This document shows, in pieces, positions 9,336 to 19,487 of a DNA stretch of 64,000 nucleotides; positions within the stretch are counted from its first letter, which is position 1, and each line of letters opens with the position of its first letter. The translations under genes were made by a program, and so were the position numbers. Below the pieces are notes generated by a model that had not been told where the DNA came from, did no database searches, and was given only the letters and a program-made list of their open reading frames with translations. Source of the stretch: Candidatus Poriferisocius sp. (GTDB taxonomy: Bacteria; Actinomycetota; Acidimicrobiia; Acidimicrobiales; Bin134); NCBI RefSeq assembly GCF_965214065.1, contig NZ_CBDCAT010000026.1, positions 180,922-244,921 of the forward strand. Reading direction: 5' to 3'.

Positions 9336-10388
9336 ATGAGACTGGGGATGTTGGGGGCAGCTTGGATCGGGCCGATGGGACTCATCGAGCCGGCCAAAGA
9401 GGTCGAAGGGGTAGAGGTGACTGCGGTGGCGGCCCGCGATCCGCAGCGAGCCCGGGACTATGCCACCGAGCACGGCATTCCCCTGGTATTCGACTGCTAC
9501 GACGCCCTGCTGGCCTCAAATGAGATCGACGCGGTATACAACCCCCTGCCCAACTCCCACCACGCCCGCTGGACCATCGCAGCTCTGGAGTCGGGCAAGC
9601 CGGTGCTGTTGGAGAAGCCTTTCACCGCCAACGCCGACGAAGCCCGCCGGGTGGCCGGGGCTGCTGAGCAAACCGGTTTGGTGGTGATGGAAGCCTATCA
9701 CTGGCGCTTCCACCCCCAAGCCGACCGAGCGATAGATCTGGTAGCCGAAGGAGCGGTTGGCGAGGTGGCTCACGTCGAGGCAGCCATGGTATTCCCGTCC
9801 ATGCACGGCCCCGACGACATCCGCTATCGCTATGACTTGGCCGGGGGCGCATTGATGGATACCGGCTCCTATGCCCTTAGCAATCTGCGGGCCTTCGGCG
9901 AGCTCGATGTGCTCCGAGCTGAAGCCGAGGAGATGGCCCCTGACGTCGACGTGCGAATGACCGCCGAACTGCGCTACCGGGACGCAGAGGCCACCGCATC
10001 CATCACATCGGCGTTCACCGGAACCGGCCAGAAGGCCGAATTGGGCGACCCCGATGCTGATGATCTCAATGCTGGCGACCCCGCCGCCTTCGACTTCGAG
10101 TTCCAGGCCGAAGTAGTGGTGACTGGTTCCAAAGGGAGGTTGCACATCGACAACCCGCTGGCCCCCATGTGGGGAAGCGGCCTGACTGTTTCTGATCAAG
10201 ACGGTGCCACCGTTCTTCATGAAGCCGCTGAGCAAGTGGCCACCTATACCTGCCAGCTTCGGGCTTTCAAAGCGTGTGTCGAAGATGGCGGCCCGAATCT
10301 GTATCCGCCGTCGGAGTCGATCAAGACCATGGAGTTGGTCGACGCGGTTTATCGGGCCGCGGGTCTGCCGGTCCGAGTCGGGATCTAG
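9336..10388 (+). CDS. Gfo/Idh/MocA family oxidoreductase
   Basis: N-terminal Rossmann fold (RLGMLGAAWIG…) and an EKP motif (VLLEKPFTAN). Confidence 0.85.
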   Translation: MRLGMLGAAWIGPMGLIEPAKEVEGVEVTAVAARDPQRARDYATEHGIPLVFDCYDALLASNEIDAVYNPLPNSHHARWTIAALESGKPVLLEKPFTANADEARRVAGAAEQTGLVVMEAYHWRFHPQADRAIDLVAEGAVGEVAHVEAAMVFPSMHGPDDIRYRYDLAGGALMDTGSYALSNLRAFGELDVLRAEAEEMAPDVDVRMTAELRYRDAEATASITSAFTGTGQKAELGDPDADDLNAGDPAAFDFEFQAEVVVTGSKGRLHIDNPLAPMWGSGLTVSDQDGATVLHEAAEQVATYTCQLRAFKACVEDGGPNLYPPSESIKTMELVDAVYRAAGLPVRVGI

Positions 10389-11207
10389 CTAGCTGCGGGC
10401 CTCGTCGAGCACTTGGCGGGTGGCGTCGCCCAGCAGACTGGCGAAGCCCACCGGACCCAGCGCCTCCAGGCGGCCCGAGTCGAACACCTCAACGGTGATG
10501 GGCGCCTCGCAGCCTGCACCTCGAATGGCTCGCAGCGCGCCGGTCAAGTCCATCGCCCCCAGGCCGGGCACGCAGCGGAGATAGCGAGTGGCCCAAGCCA
10601 AGTCATCCGGAGGCTCCGCAGGGGCGTCGTTGAGCTGGATCGCCCCGATCAGATAGCCGGGAATCGAGGCAAAATCGGCGAAGTCGCCGGGGCCGTAGAA
10701 AACATGCCAGAAGTCCACGGTGAGCCCGCAGTTAGCCCGACCGGTAGCGGCCACCACCTCGGCACTGGCCAGCGGGTCGGGGATGGGCCGGTTGCGGCTG
10801 AACTCCATATACACGTCCACTCCGACGGAAGCCCCCTGGTCTGCCAACTGGGCCAAGGCCTCCACCGCCTGCTCCCTGACGGCCGATCCGGGGCACACCA
10901 AGAGCGCATTCACCCCGGAGGCCCCCAAGGCGGCGGCTGCCTCGAACACCGCCTCCCGAGGTGCTTCCTCGTAGTAGGGCCCACCCGGATCGTTGGGGCC
11001 TACCCACACGATGACGGCATCCATGTCGGCCACCGCCAGCCCGGCGTCGCGGACGCGTTCACCGATGGCCGGGTCGGCTGGGTAGACCGCGGGCCATAAC
11101 GTCAGCCCCGCGAAACCGCCAGCGACCGCGGCGTCTACCAGCACCTCGATCGGCGGATTGTCCAGCGAACCCGAGCTGAGCACTAGATCGTCAGGGCCGA
11201 GAGTCAT
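10389..11207 (-). CDS. sugar phosphate isomerase/epimerase (xylose isomerase-like TIM barrel)
   Basis: Composition and length fit the family (…GFAGLTLWP…YMEFSRNRP…DFWHVFYG…). Start is ambiguous: ATG at 11207 or 11219. Confidence 0.65.
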   Translation of the reverse strand: MTLGPDDLVLSSGSLDNPPIEVLVDAAVAGGFAGLTLWPAVYPADPAIGERVRDAGLAVADMDAVIVWVGPNDPGGPYYEEAPREAVFEAAAALGASGVNALLVCPGSAVREQAVEALAQLADQGASVGVDVYMEFSRNRPIPDPLASAEVVAATGRANCGLTVDFWHVFYGPGDFADFASIPGYLIGAIQLNDAPAEPPDDLAWATRYLRCVPGLGAMDLTGALRAIRGAGCEAPITVEVFDSGRLEALGPVGFASLLGDATRQVLDEARS

Positions 11208-11227
11208 CTCCCATAGCATGGCACCCC

Positions 11228-12187
11228 ATGTCTCCCGACCACGCCACTCATCCCGACGACGAGTTTCATCCACCCACCTCTGACGACCCGTATTGGACAG
11301 AGACTTGCTGGTTCACCTTCGCCGCTCCCGAGCACAAGCTGTCGGGCCAGCTCTACCCGTTCTTTCGGCCCAACCAGGGGGTCACCTCGGGCGGTGCGTT
11401 CTTCTGGGACACCGAGGGCGACCAGATCTGGAACTGCCGCTACGCCAAGAACTTCTGGCACCTTCCCCTGCCCGATCAGCCCCTGAGCGACATTGAATTG
11501 CCCAACGGCATCTGCTACCAGGTGATCGAGCCCCTCAAGCAGTACCGGATCAGGTTCTTGTGCCAAGACGACGGTGAGGCCGAAGTTGACTTGACCTTCA
11601 CCGCGGTGTGCCCGCCCAACTATCTGGGCGACGGCCACCTCGACCAGCCGGGCCGATACCAGGGCACCATCCGGTTGGGCGATGACTCCTACGATGTGGA
11701 CGCCTACGGGATGCGGGATCGATCGTGGGGACCGCGCAGCCAGTTCGGCGCCACCCTGCACGGGGCTGTGCGGGGCGGGTACAGCTATGCCACCGCATCG
11801 GACTCCGACGGCTTCCACGCCCTGACCATGGCCTACGGCGAGGGCGACGACCCCGACTGCACTGTCATCCACGGCTACTACCTGCGCGACGGCGAATATT
11901 CCCGGCTGGTTCCCGGACAGGGGCGACGCGACGTGTTGGAGCGCGATCCCAGCACCGGTGCCCCCACAGTGGTCCGCATCATCGCCGCTGACGAGTCGGG
12001 CCGGGAACTGGAGGCCACCAGTCGGGCGGTGAACCGGATCGGTGTACACCTCAACCCCAACTTGTGGACATGGAACTGCCTCAGCGAATGGACTTTTGGC
12101 GACACCGTCGGCTGGGGAGAGGACCACGACAACTGGAGCGCGGCCGGTTACCGCCGCTTCGCTCGCGGCCATCTCGGGTTTGACTGA
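11228..12187 (+). CDS. conserved hypothetical protein
   Basis: 319 aa GC3-rich ORF (…DPYWTETCWFTFAAPEHKLSGQLYPFF…MRDRSWGPRS…). No family confidently recognised. Confidence 0.6.
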   Translation: MSPDHATHPDDEFHPPTSDDPYWTETCWFTFAAPEHKLSGQLYPFFRPNQGVTSGGAFFWDTEGDQIWNCRYAKNFWHLPLPDQPLSDIELPNGICYQVIEPLKQYRIRFLCQDDGEAEVDLTFTAVCPPNYLGDGHLDQPGRYQGTIRLGDDSYDVDAYGMRDRSWGPRSQFGATLHGAVRGGYSYATASDSDGFHALTMAYGEGDDPDCTVIHGYYLRDGEYSRLVPGQGRRDVLERDPSTGAPTVVRIIAADESGRELEATSRAVNRIGVHLNPNLWTWNCLSEWTFGDTVGWGEDHDNWSAAGYRRFARGHLGFD

Positions 12188-12193
12188 TTCTGG

Positions 12194-13540
12194 TCAGCCG
12201 TCTTCGCGGTAGTCGGCCAGATCGACTCCGTCGATTAGGTCGGCGAATTCGGCGTTGACCTCGACGTCGGGCCGACCATCCAGGCTCGCTAGGAAAAATG
12301 CTGTGGCTAAATGCTTCAGCGCGGCCTGCATGGCCAGCGGATGGGCGTTTTCGGGAGTGCAACCGTCTTCGGCCCGGACCACCTGCTCAGCGCCGAGGAG
12401 GGGTTCAAGCATGTCCAGCCCGCCTCCGGCGAGGATGACGGGGCAGCTATCTGTGAAGCTGTTGTGGCCGGCCTGGGCCAGGTTGACGAAGGTGCGAGGG
12501 CCGGGGGCAGATTCGTAGCTGGCCAGGCTGCGGTCGGTGGGCACGGTGAGGTCCAGTTCGGCCACGATCACCAAAATCGGCTTGTCGGCCGCCTCGGGTG
12601 GAACAGAACCTCCGCCAGCCAGCGGTATGGCGGCCAGGACCGCCTCGTTGGCCAACGCGTCGAGCGCCGTTCTCGCTCCGGCCGAGTGTCCGATGACACC
12701 TGCCCTGGCGGTGTCGGCGCCGTCGCCGAAGGCGGCGTCGAGAGATGCCAGAGTTTTGGCCACATTGGCCTGGTCTTTTTCAGGGCTGGATTCTGCGGTT
12801 CCAAGAGTCTGGGCGGTCAGATTTCGGTGGATGTGCTCGGGGGATGCCACCACGAAGCCGTGCGAAGCCAAGTGGGTGGTAAGGAAGATGGCGACGTCTC
12901 GGTGCCCGCCAAATCCGTGGCTGTATATGACGACCGGAAAGGTGTTCGAGTCGGCTATGGGTGCGTCGCGATAGGAATTGGTCTCAATCGGACTCTTCAT
13001 GCTGTCGGGGATAAGGGATCGGAATGCTTCCGGAATGGCTTCGGAGGAATCGAAGATCTCGGTTTCCATGTCGGCCACCGCCTCTGCATCGGCGGGGTAC
13101 CAAACCGAGAGTGGTTGCTGGCCGGGTTCCTCTCCCAACTCCAGGGTCATGACCCCCACGGGGAACTGGCCGAACTCGGTGAGCGCGACCGGCGGCTCAG
13201 GCGGGGGAGTCAGGGTTGGTACGGGCGTGGGCTCAGGTTCAGCCGCCTCGGTCGATTCCGGCTCGGGCACCGTCGTGGCCTCAGGAACCGGCTCGGGCGC
13301 CTCGGTGGGCTCGGGCTTGGTCGCTTCGGGCTCGGGTGCCTCGGTGGGCTCTGGAGCCGGCTTGGGCGCCTCGGTGGGTGCTGCGGTTGGGGCCGCGACC
13401 AGAGGGGCGTCGTCGTTGGAGGAGCAGCCCATTGCCACCAGGGCGAGAACCATGACAAGGACGATCCAGGTCTTCTTGGCCGGCCCCTTGAGCCCTCCCG
13501 CTTTCTTGGACTCTGGTTTACGCGAATATGATCCAGCCAT
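12194..13540 (-). CDS. secreted/lipoprotein alpha/beta hydrolase (PAF-acetylhydrolase / dienelactone-hydrolase-like) with a Pro/Glu/Thr-rich linker
   Basis: Signal peptide with Cys (…KKTWIVLVMVLALVAMGCSS), a PEPTEAPEP low-complexity linker, VVIYSHGFGGHRD and a GHSAG nucleophile elbow. Start set at the Met that gives the signal peptide. Confidence 0.7.
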   Translation of the reverse strand: MAGSYSRKPESKKAGGLKGPAKKTWIVLVMVLALVAMGCSSNDDAPLVAAPTAAPTEAPKPAPEPTEAPEPEATKPEPTEAPEPVPEATTVPEPESTEAAEPEPTPVPTLTPPPEPPVALTEFGQFPVGVMTLELGEEPGQQPLSVWYPADAEAVADMETEIFDSSEAIPEAFRSLIPDSMKSPIETNSYRDAPIADSNTFPVVIYSHGFGGHRDVAIFLTTHLASHGFVVASPEHIHRNLTAQTLGTAESSPEKDQANVAKTLASLDAAFGDGADTARAGVIGHSAGARTALDALANEAVLAAIPLAGGGSVPPEAADKPILVIVAELDLTVPTDRSLASYESAPGPRTFVNLAQAGHNSFTDSCPVILAGGGLDMLEPLLGAEQVVRAEDGCTPENAHPLAMQAALKHLATAFFLASLDGRPDVEVNAEFADLIDGVDLADYREDG

Positions 13541-14705
13541 GGGCCGAAAGTACAAGGTAATCAGCGCTGATGGGCATGTGGAGACGCCGCCCGACGTATT
13601 CGTCAAGTACGTCCCGGAGAAATACAAGGACCGGGCCCCCAGGTTGATACATCTTCCCGAAGGGGGAGAGGGGTGGTTGATCGAGGGCCAGCCCCTGCTC
13701 AAGAACGGCCAGAACATTGCTGGGCGCGACAAGGTGAAGTTCTCCGGCGGCACCTACTTCAACGCCGACGGCAGTCCCGCAGAGGGCGCTGGCCCCGCCG
13801 AGCAGCGCCTCCGGGAGCAAGACCTCGACGGCATCGATGCCGAGGTGCTCTTCCCGCCGGTGTTCGCCAGCCGGTTCCTGGAAGGCATCAAGGACCCAGA
13901 CGTCTACCGCTCGATGATCCGGGCCTACAACACGTTCTTGGCTCACGACTACTGCTCGGTGGCCCCAGATCGCCTCATCGGCAACGCGGTGACCCCCATC
14001 ACCAACATCGACCACGCCGTGGAGGAACTGGAGTTCGTCGCCGAGGCCGGCCTGCCTTCGGTGGCGTTCTACAACTTCCCAAATGGCACTCCCTACGCCG
14101 ATCCGGTAGATGACCGGTTCTGGGAGAAGAGCCTGGAACTGGGCCTCAAGCTGGCCCCTCACTTCGGCTTCGGCGCCAACCAGGCCCCGCCTCAATCGGC
14201 GGCCAAAGGCACCTCCGACAGCCCGTGGGCCTCTGCGCTGGTGCAGCGGGCCGGCAACCACTCGCCGGTGTACTGCATGGCCCAGCTAATCGCGGCAGGT
14301 GTGCTGGAGCGGTTCCCCGACATCAAGTTCTACTTTGCCGAGACCAACGCTAGCTGGCTGCCGGGCACGCTCTACTTCATGGACGACAACTACGAGCTGT
14401 TCGGCGACTGGTTCAAGGTCAAGTATGAGCGCAAGCCCAGCGAGCAGGTAGTGGACCACTTCCACTTCAGCGTTATCCGCGACCCGGTGGTGTTCGACAT
14501 GGTCGACATCATCCCGTGGGACAACATCATGTGGGGCACCGACTTCCCCCACTCGGTGGGGTCATTCCCCGACTCCCAGGAGTTCATTGAAGAGAACTTC
14601 ACCAAGGTGGACGAGACGATTTCCCGCAAGGTCCTGCTGGAGAACCCGGCTGAGTACTTCGATTTGGACCTCGAAGCCGACATCACCGAGACGCCGGCGG
14701 GCTGA
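13539..14705 (+). CDS. amidohydrolase family protein (amidohydrolase_2)
   Basis: MGRKYKVISADGHVETPPDVF… and C-terminal WGTDFPH. Start set at the internal Met of ORF 12978-14705. Confidence 0.8.
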   Translation: MGRKYKVISADGHVETPPDVFVKYVPEKYKDRAPRLIHLPEGGEGWLIEGQPLLKNGQNIAGRDKVKFSGGTYFNADGSPAEGAGPAEQRLREQDLDGIDAEVLFPPVFASRFLEGIKDPDVYRSMIRAYNTFLAHDYCSVAPDRLIGNAVTPITNIDHAVEELEFVAEAGLPSVAFYNFPNGTPYADPVDDRFWEKSLELGLKLAPHFGFGANQAPPQSAAKGTSDSPWASALVQRAGNHSPVYCMAQLIAAGVLERFPDIKFYFAETNASWLPGTLYFMDDNYELFGDWFKVKYERKPSEQVVDHFHFSVIRDPVVFDMVDIIPWDNIMWGTDFPHSVGSFPDSQEFIEENFTKVDETISRKVLLENPAEYFDLDLEADITETPAG

Positions 14706-14708
14706 GGC

Positions 14709-15833
14709 TCAGCCCATAGTCAGCACGCCTCGGGCCAGCTTCCCGGCTTCGAGGTCTTCGAAGGCCTTGTCGAGTTCGGCCAGGTCATAGGTGGCCGACA
14801 CCAGCTCGTCGAGCAGCAGCCGCCCGTCGAGATACAGGTCCACCAGCGCGGGAATGTCGAACGCAGGGCGGGCCGACCCGTAGCGGCACCCCATGATCGA
14901 CTTGTTCTGGTAGAGCTTGAACGGGGCGAGCTCCATCCGGGCGTCCATGCCCGCCACTCCCAATATCACCATGTCGCCCCCGGGGCGCAACATCTCCACC
15001 GCATCGCTCATCAACATGGTGTTGCCCACGCACTCCACTGAGCAGTCCACACCGCCCGAGGTCATCTCCCGCACGGTGTCGACAGCCGGTACTTGCCCAG
15101 AGTCCACGAAGTGGGTGGCGCCGAATTGGCGGGCGAAGCCCTCCTTGGCCGGGTTGTTGTCGACGGCCACGATCTTGGTGGCCCCGGCAATGCGGGCGGC
15201 CTGGATCACGTTTAGTCCGATGCCCCCCACGCCGATCACAGCCACGGTGTCACCCCGGTACACCTGGGCCCGGTTGAAGATGGCGCCGGTGCCGGTGAGC
15301 ACACCGCAGCCGATGAGGCAAGCGCTGGTGAAGGGCACCCGCTTGTCGATGGCCACCACCTGGCCCTGGCCTACCACCACCTCCTCGGCGAACACGCCGG
15401 TGTTGGCGAAGCCCATGATCGCCTCGCCCTGGTACGTGAAGTAGGCGGGCAGATCGCCGGGGCCGGGTTCCTCGCCCGTCTCATTGCGCTTGGCAATAGC
15501 GGCACCCAGCTTGGAGGTCTGGCACAAGGTGGGATGGCCGGTGGCGCATACCGAGCAGCGCCCGCAGTTGTCGATGGTGGCGATCACCACGTGGTCACCT
15601 GCGGCCACGGTGGTCACATCGGAACCGACGGCCAGCACCTCACCGGCGCCCTCGTGGCCCATCACGAACGGTGGAGAGAACATCTGCCCGAACGTGCCGT
15701 CGATCACTGACACGTCGGAGTGGCACACCCCGGCGGCTCCGATTCGAACCCGCACTTGGTCAGGCTCGAGCTCGGTGGTCCCGAGCCCGTCGGTCACCAC
15801 TGCTGCTTCACCGTCGAAAAGAATCCCTCGCAT
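14709..15833 (-). CDS. Zn-dependent alcohol dehydrogenase (class III / mycothiol-dependent formaldehyde dehydrogenase-like)
   Basis: GVCHSDV, GHEGAGEV, the CGRCSVC structural Zn site and GVGGIGLN Rossmann motif. Confidence 0.85.
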   Translation of the reverse strand: MRGILFDGEAAVVTDGLGTTELEPDQVRVRIGAAGVCHSDVSVIDGTFGQMFSPPFVMGHEGAGEVLAVGSDVTTVAAGDHVVIATIDNCGRCSVCATGHPTLCQTSKLGAAIAKRNETGEEPGPGDLPAYFTYQGEAIMGFANTGVFAEEVVVGQGQVVAIDKRVPFTSACLIGCGVLTGTGAIFNRAQVYRGDTVAVIGVGGIGLNVIQAARIAGATKIVAVDNNPAKEGFARQFGATHFVDSGQVPAVDTVREMTSGGVDCSVECVGNTMLMSDAVEMLRPGGDMVILGVAGMDARMELAPFKLYQNKSIMGCRYGSARPAFDIPALVDLYLDGRLLLDELVSATYDLAELDKAFEDLEAGKLARGVLTMG

Positions 15834-15964
15834 AGCTGTTGCCCCCGTCAAGTGCGGTTGATATAGGTGTCATCCTCGTAGGCGTCGGGGCCGATGAGGG
15901 TGCCCGGGGCAGGACACTATGGCAAGAGATATCGGCAGAGATATTCAGAGGGCCATGAAGACGG

Positions 15965-16288
15965 CTAGATCGCCACAGCCACGACGATCACCAGCACGAT
16001 TACCGCGGCCAGGGCCACCGAGGCCAAGAGCATCGCGCCGGGCAGGTGCTTTCCGAACAGGCGGATCGACCGCCGACCGGTGATGGGAGAGGCAGGTTCG
16101 TTGAGGGGGATCCCCTGGGGGGCGACTGCGATGCCCGGCGGGTCTATCCCAGTTAGATCTCCGTCGCGGACTTTCACCGTCCAATTTGTGCCGTTCCACC
16201 AACGGGCCTCATGCCGCCCGAATGGGTCGGTGTGCCATGAGGCCTCGGGCTCGGGGTTCGCAGCCAACTCGGTTTGGATTCTAACCAC
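15965..16288 (-). CDS. DUF2510-like membrane-anchored protein
   Basis: WHTDPFGRHEARWWNGTNWT (DUF2510-type motif) followed by a C-terminal TM segment (AMLLASVALAAVIVLVIVVAVAI). GTG start inferred so as not to overlap the divergent gene. Confidence 0.55.
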   Translation of the reverse strand: MVRIQTELAANPEPEASWHTDPFGRHEARWWNGTNWTVKVRDGDLTGIDPPGIAVAPQGIPLNEPASPITGRRSIRLFGKHLPGAMLLASVALAAVIVLVIVVAVAI

Positions 16289-16313
16289 ACGGACAGCCGT
16301 ATCGCGGGGCACA

Positions 16314-16862
16314 ATGGCGGTCGTGGACAACCAGGCCCGGCTTGGCGAACTTTTGGCCAAGCAGGAGATCACCGAGCTGCTTTACCGGTACTGCCGGGGG
16401 GTGGACCGTCTCGATATGGATCTGGTTCGATCGTGCTACCACCCCGGCGCCACCGATTCCCACGGCACCTTCGAGGGCACAGTTGAACAGTATCTGGTGT
16501 GGAGCGAGCGCCTGCTGCGTCGCTACACGGGGTCGACCCACACAATATTGAACGTCCTAATCGAGATCGAACAGGAGCCGGTGGAGGCAGCAAGCGGTGA
16601 GACAGTGCAATGGGCCCGCTCCGAAGCCCACGGCATCGCCCGACATTGGACCGAGGGAGGGCCGCAGGAGTTGAACATGTCAGTGGGCTTCCGCTTCATC
16701 GATGACGTGTCTCGGCGCAACGGCGGGCAGTGGCTTATCTCACGCCGGGTAGCTACCACTGAATGGGTGCGAGAGGAGCAGTTTCGGCCCTTCGACGAGC
16801 GCTTCTTGCGGGGTAGCCGAGACCGGAATGATCCGCTGTACGCGCCTCGTCCCGGCCAATAG
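16314..16862 (+). CDS. SnoaL-like / NTF2-fold protein
   Basis: …AKQEITELLYRYCRGVDRLDMDLVRSCYHPGATDSHG… is the typical SnoaL_4 N-terminus. Start at the internal Met. Confidence 0.7.
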   Translation: MAVVDNQARLGELLAKQEITELLYRYCRGVDRLDMDLVRSCYHPGATDSHGTFEGTVEQYLVWSERLLRRYTGSTHTILNVLIEIEQEPVEAASGETVQWARSEAHGIARHWTEGGPQELNMSVGFRFIDDVSRRNGGQWLISRRVATTEWVREEQFRPFDERFLRGSRDRNDPLYAPRPGQ

Positions 16863-16897
16863 GCCACCGGTCGAACCGAGAACTACCATCGGCAGCC

Positions 16898-17614
16898 ATG
16901 CAAACTGAGAACGTTGAACTCACTACTGGCGACGGCCCGATGAGGCTGTACGTGGCCCGTCCCGACAGCGAGCCGAAGGCCGCGGTCATCGTCATCATGG
17001 AGGCCTTCGGGTTGAACGGCCATATCGAAGATGTGACCCGGCGGGTGGCGGCTGAGGGTTATCTTGCGGTGGCCCCCGACTTGTACCACCGCTACGAGAA
17101 CAGTCTGGCCGACTACGACGAGATGGACAAGATATTCGAGATGATGAGCGGCCTCCTCGATGAGCACTCCCTGATGGATGTGGACGCCGCCCTCGACTAC
17201 CTGGCCGGCCAGGGGATTTCGTCTGACAAGGTGGGGATCACCGGGTTCTGCATGGGCGGCCGCGTGACCTTCTTGACCGCTATCAGCCGCCCGGTGGGTG
17301 CGGCCGTGACCTACTACGGCGGGGCCATCGTCACTGACGGGTTCTCCCCTGGCCAGCCCAAGCTGGCTGACCGCCATGGCGACCTCCAGTGCCCGTGGAT
17401 GGGGCTGTTTGGGGACCTCGACGGCATGATCCCCGTGGAGGGTGTGGAACAGCTTCGGTCCGACCTCGAGGGCAACACCCAGGTTACCGAGGTCGTGCGC
17501 TACGCGGAGGCCGACCATGGGTTCTTATGCGACGAACGCCCGTCGTACAACGCTGACGCCGCGGCCGACGGCTGGTCTCGAATGGCGGGCTGGTTCGCCA
17601 CCCACCTGTCGTGA
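16898..17614 (+). CDS. dienelactone hydrolase family protein
   Basis: …AAVIVIMEAFGLNGHIEDVTRRVAAEGYLAVAPDLYHR… and GFCMGG nucleophile motif. Confidence 0.85.
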   Translation: MQTENVELTTGDGPMRLYVARPDSEPKAAVIVIMEAFGLNGHIEDVTRRVAAEGYLAVAPDLYHRYENSLADYDEMDKIFEMMSGLLDEHSLMDVDAALDYLAGQGISSDKVGITGFCMGGRVTFLTAISRPVGAAVTYYGGAIVTDGFSPGQPKLADRHGDLQCPWMGLFGDLDGMIPVEGVEQLRSDLEGNTQVTEVVRYAEADHGFLCDERPSYNADAAADGWSRMAGWFATHLS

Positions 17615-18369
17615 CCGGCGACAAAGAAAAAATCGGGGTCATCGGCTCAGGAGTAATGGGCTCGGGCATCGCCCAGGTGATGGCCATCGCCGGCCACCTG
17701 GTGGTGGCCTACGACCTCGATCCCGACGTGGTGGCCGTAGCGCCCGAATTGGTGGCAGGGGGACGTTTCGGTATCCAGGGGGCGGTGGCCCGGGGCAAGA
17801 TGACCGAATCGGAGGCCCAAGCTGCGCTGGCCCGTATCGAATTCACCACCGACCAGGAAGCCGCTGCTGAAGTAGATGTGATCCTGGAGGCGGTTCCCGA
17901 GCGCTTGGACCTCAAGATCCAGCTGTTTCGCGACCTCGACCAGAAGTGCCCCGAGCACACCATCTTTGCTTCCAATTCCAGCGGCTACCCGGTGCAGGCC
18001 TTGGCAGTGGCCACCGATCGGGCCGACCGAGTGATTGGGTGGCACTGGGCTTCCCCGCCGCCGGTGATGAAGTTGGCCGAGATCGTGAGGGCGCCGCAGA
18101 CCTCCGACGAGACCACCGAGACCATTTGCCGTCTGGCTGCTGCCGCGGGCAAGAACCCCGTGGTGATCCAAGACTCGGCCATGCACTGGGGCTACGTCAC
18201 CAACCGGGTGTACGGGGCCATGATTCGAGAGGCCAACGCGGTGGTGGCCGAGGGCATTGCCAGCCGGGCCGAGGTCGACCAGCTCATGGTGGACTGCTTC
18301 CGGTGGCCGTCGGGCCCCTACGGAATGGTTTCCGGGGCCACCACAGGTTGGAAGGCCGACAAGAAGTAA
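17611..18369 (+). CDS. 3-hydroxyacyl-CoA dehydrogenase, NAD-binding (short form)
   Basis: IGVIGSGVMGSGIAQV Rossmann motif. The GTG start overlaps the upstream stop. Confidence 0.8.
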   Translation: MTGDKEKIGVIGSGVMGSGIAQVMAIAGHLVVAYDLDPDVVAVAPELVAGGRFGIQGAVARGKMTESEAQAALARIEFTTDQEAAAEVDVILEAVPERLDLKIQLFRDLDQKCPEHTIFASNSSGYPVQALAVATDRADRVIGWHWASPPPVMKLAEIVRAPQTSDETTETICRLAAAAGKNPVVIQDSAMHWGYVTNRVYGAMIREANAVVAEGIASRAEVDQLMVDCFRWPSGPYGMVSGATTGWKADKK

Positions 18370-18388
18370 ACCCAGAAGAGAGGTTTCC

Positions 18389-19486
18389 ATGAAGGCAGCA
18401 CTGCTGGCATCACCCGCTTCGCCATTGGTGATGGCCGATGTGGATTGCGTCGATCCCGGACCGGGGCAGGTGCGAGTGCAGGTCACCCACTGCGGCCTGT
18501 GCCACTCCGATCTGACCATGATCGACGCCCCTGAGATGATGACCCCGATCATTTTGGGCCACGAGGCCGCTGGGATCGTCGACGCGGTGGGCCCCGGGGT
18601 GGACTCCCTAGCCGAGGGTGACCATGTGATGCTGTCGCCGTTCGGCCCGTGCGGGACTTGCTACTGGTGTGTGCGGGGCGAGATGACGCTGTGCGCTTCG
18701 GCAGCCTCGATGTTCATGGGAACGATGCCCGACGGCTCGATCCCGTTCACGATGGACGGCCAGCCGGTGTACCGGGGGTTGGGTGTCGCCGGATTCGGGG
18801 AGCTGACCCTGGTGGCCGAGTCAGCCGCGGTGAAGATCGACCCCGATGTGCCCCTAGAAGTGGCCGCGGTGATCGGCTGCGCCATCCAGACTGGTGTGGG
18901 CGCGGTGCTCAACACTGCCCAAGTGGAAGAAGGCGCCACCGTGTTGGTGATGGGCCTGGGAGGTGTGGGCATGTCGGTGGTGCAGGGTGCCCGCCTGGCC
19001 GGTGCGTCCCGCATCTTCGCCTCCGACCCGGTCGCCGATCGCCGCAGCGCCGCGGTGGCGTTCGGGGCCACCGACCTGCTCGACCCGAACGAGACCGACG
19101 TGGTGGCCCACGTGCAGGAGGCCACAGGAGGTATTGGGGCCGACTACGCCTTCGACGCCGCCGGGGCCGGCCCGCTGGTGGAGGCCGGGCTGGCCGCCAC
19201 CCGCAACGGCGGCACCACGGTGATGGTGGGCGCCCCTGCCCTGGAGCACACCGTGACCATCAACCCTGCGGTCATGTATCTCACCGCGGAGAAGAAGCTG
19301 CTGGGCTGTTTGTTCGGCGGCTGCAACTCCCAGCGAGAGGTTCCCCGCCTGCTCGCCCTGTGGCAGAACGGCCGCCTCGATCTCGAGCCCATGATCACCG
19401 CTCGGCGCCCCATCGACGAGATCAACGCCGGCCTCGACGACCTCCGAGCCAGCATCGGTATCCGCACTGTCTTCAACCTGAGCTGA
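18389..19486 (+). CDS. Zn-dependent alcohol dehydrogenase
   Basis: MKAALL…HCGLCHSDL, GHEAAGIV, CGTCYWC and GLGGVGMS. A GAGAGG RBS precedes the ATG at 18389. Confidence 0.85.
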   Translation: MKAALLASPASPLVMADVDCVDPGPGQVRVQVTHCGLCHSDLTMIDAPEMMTPIILGHEAAGIVDAVGPGVDSLAEGDHVMLSPFGPCGTCYWCVRGEMTLCASAASMFMGTMPDGSIPFTMDGQPVYRGLGVAGFGELTLVAESAAVKIDPDVPLEVAAVIGCAIQTGVGAVLNTAQVEEGATVLVMGLGGVGMSVVQGARLAGASRIFASDPVADRRSAAVAFGATDLLDPNETDVVAHVQEATGGIGADYAFDAAGAGPLVEAGLAATRNGGTTVMVGAPALEHTVTINPAVMYLTAEKKLLGCLFGGCNSQREVPRLLALWQNGRLDLEPMITARRPIDEINAGLDDLRASIGIRTVFNLS

Positions 19487-19487
19487 C

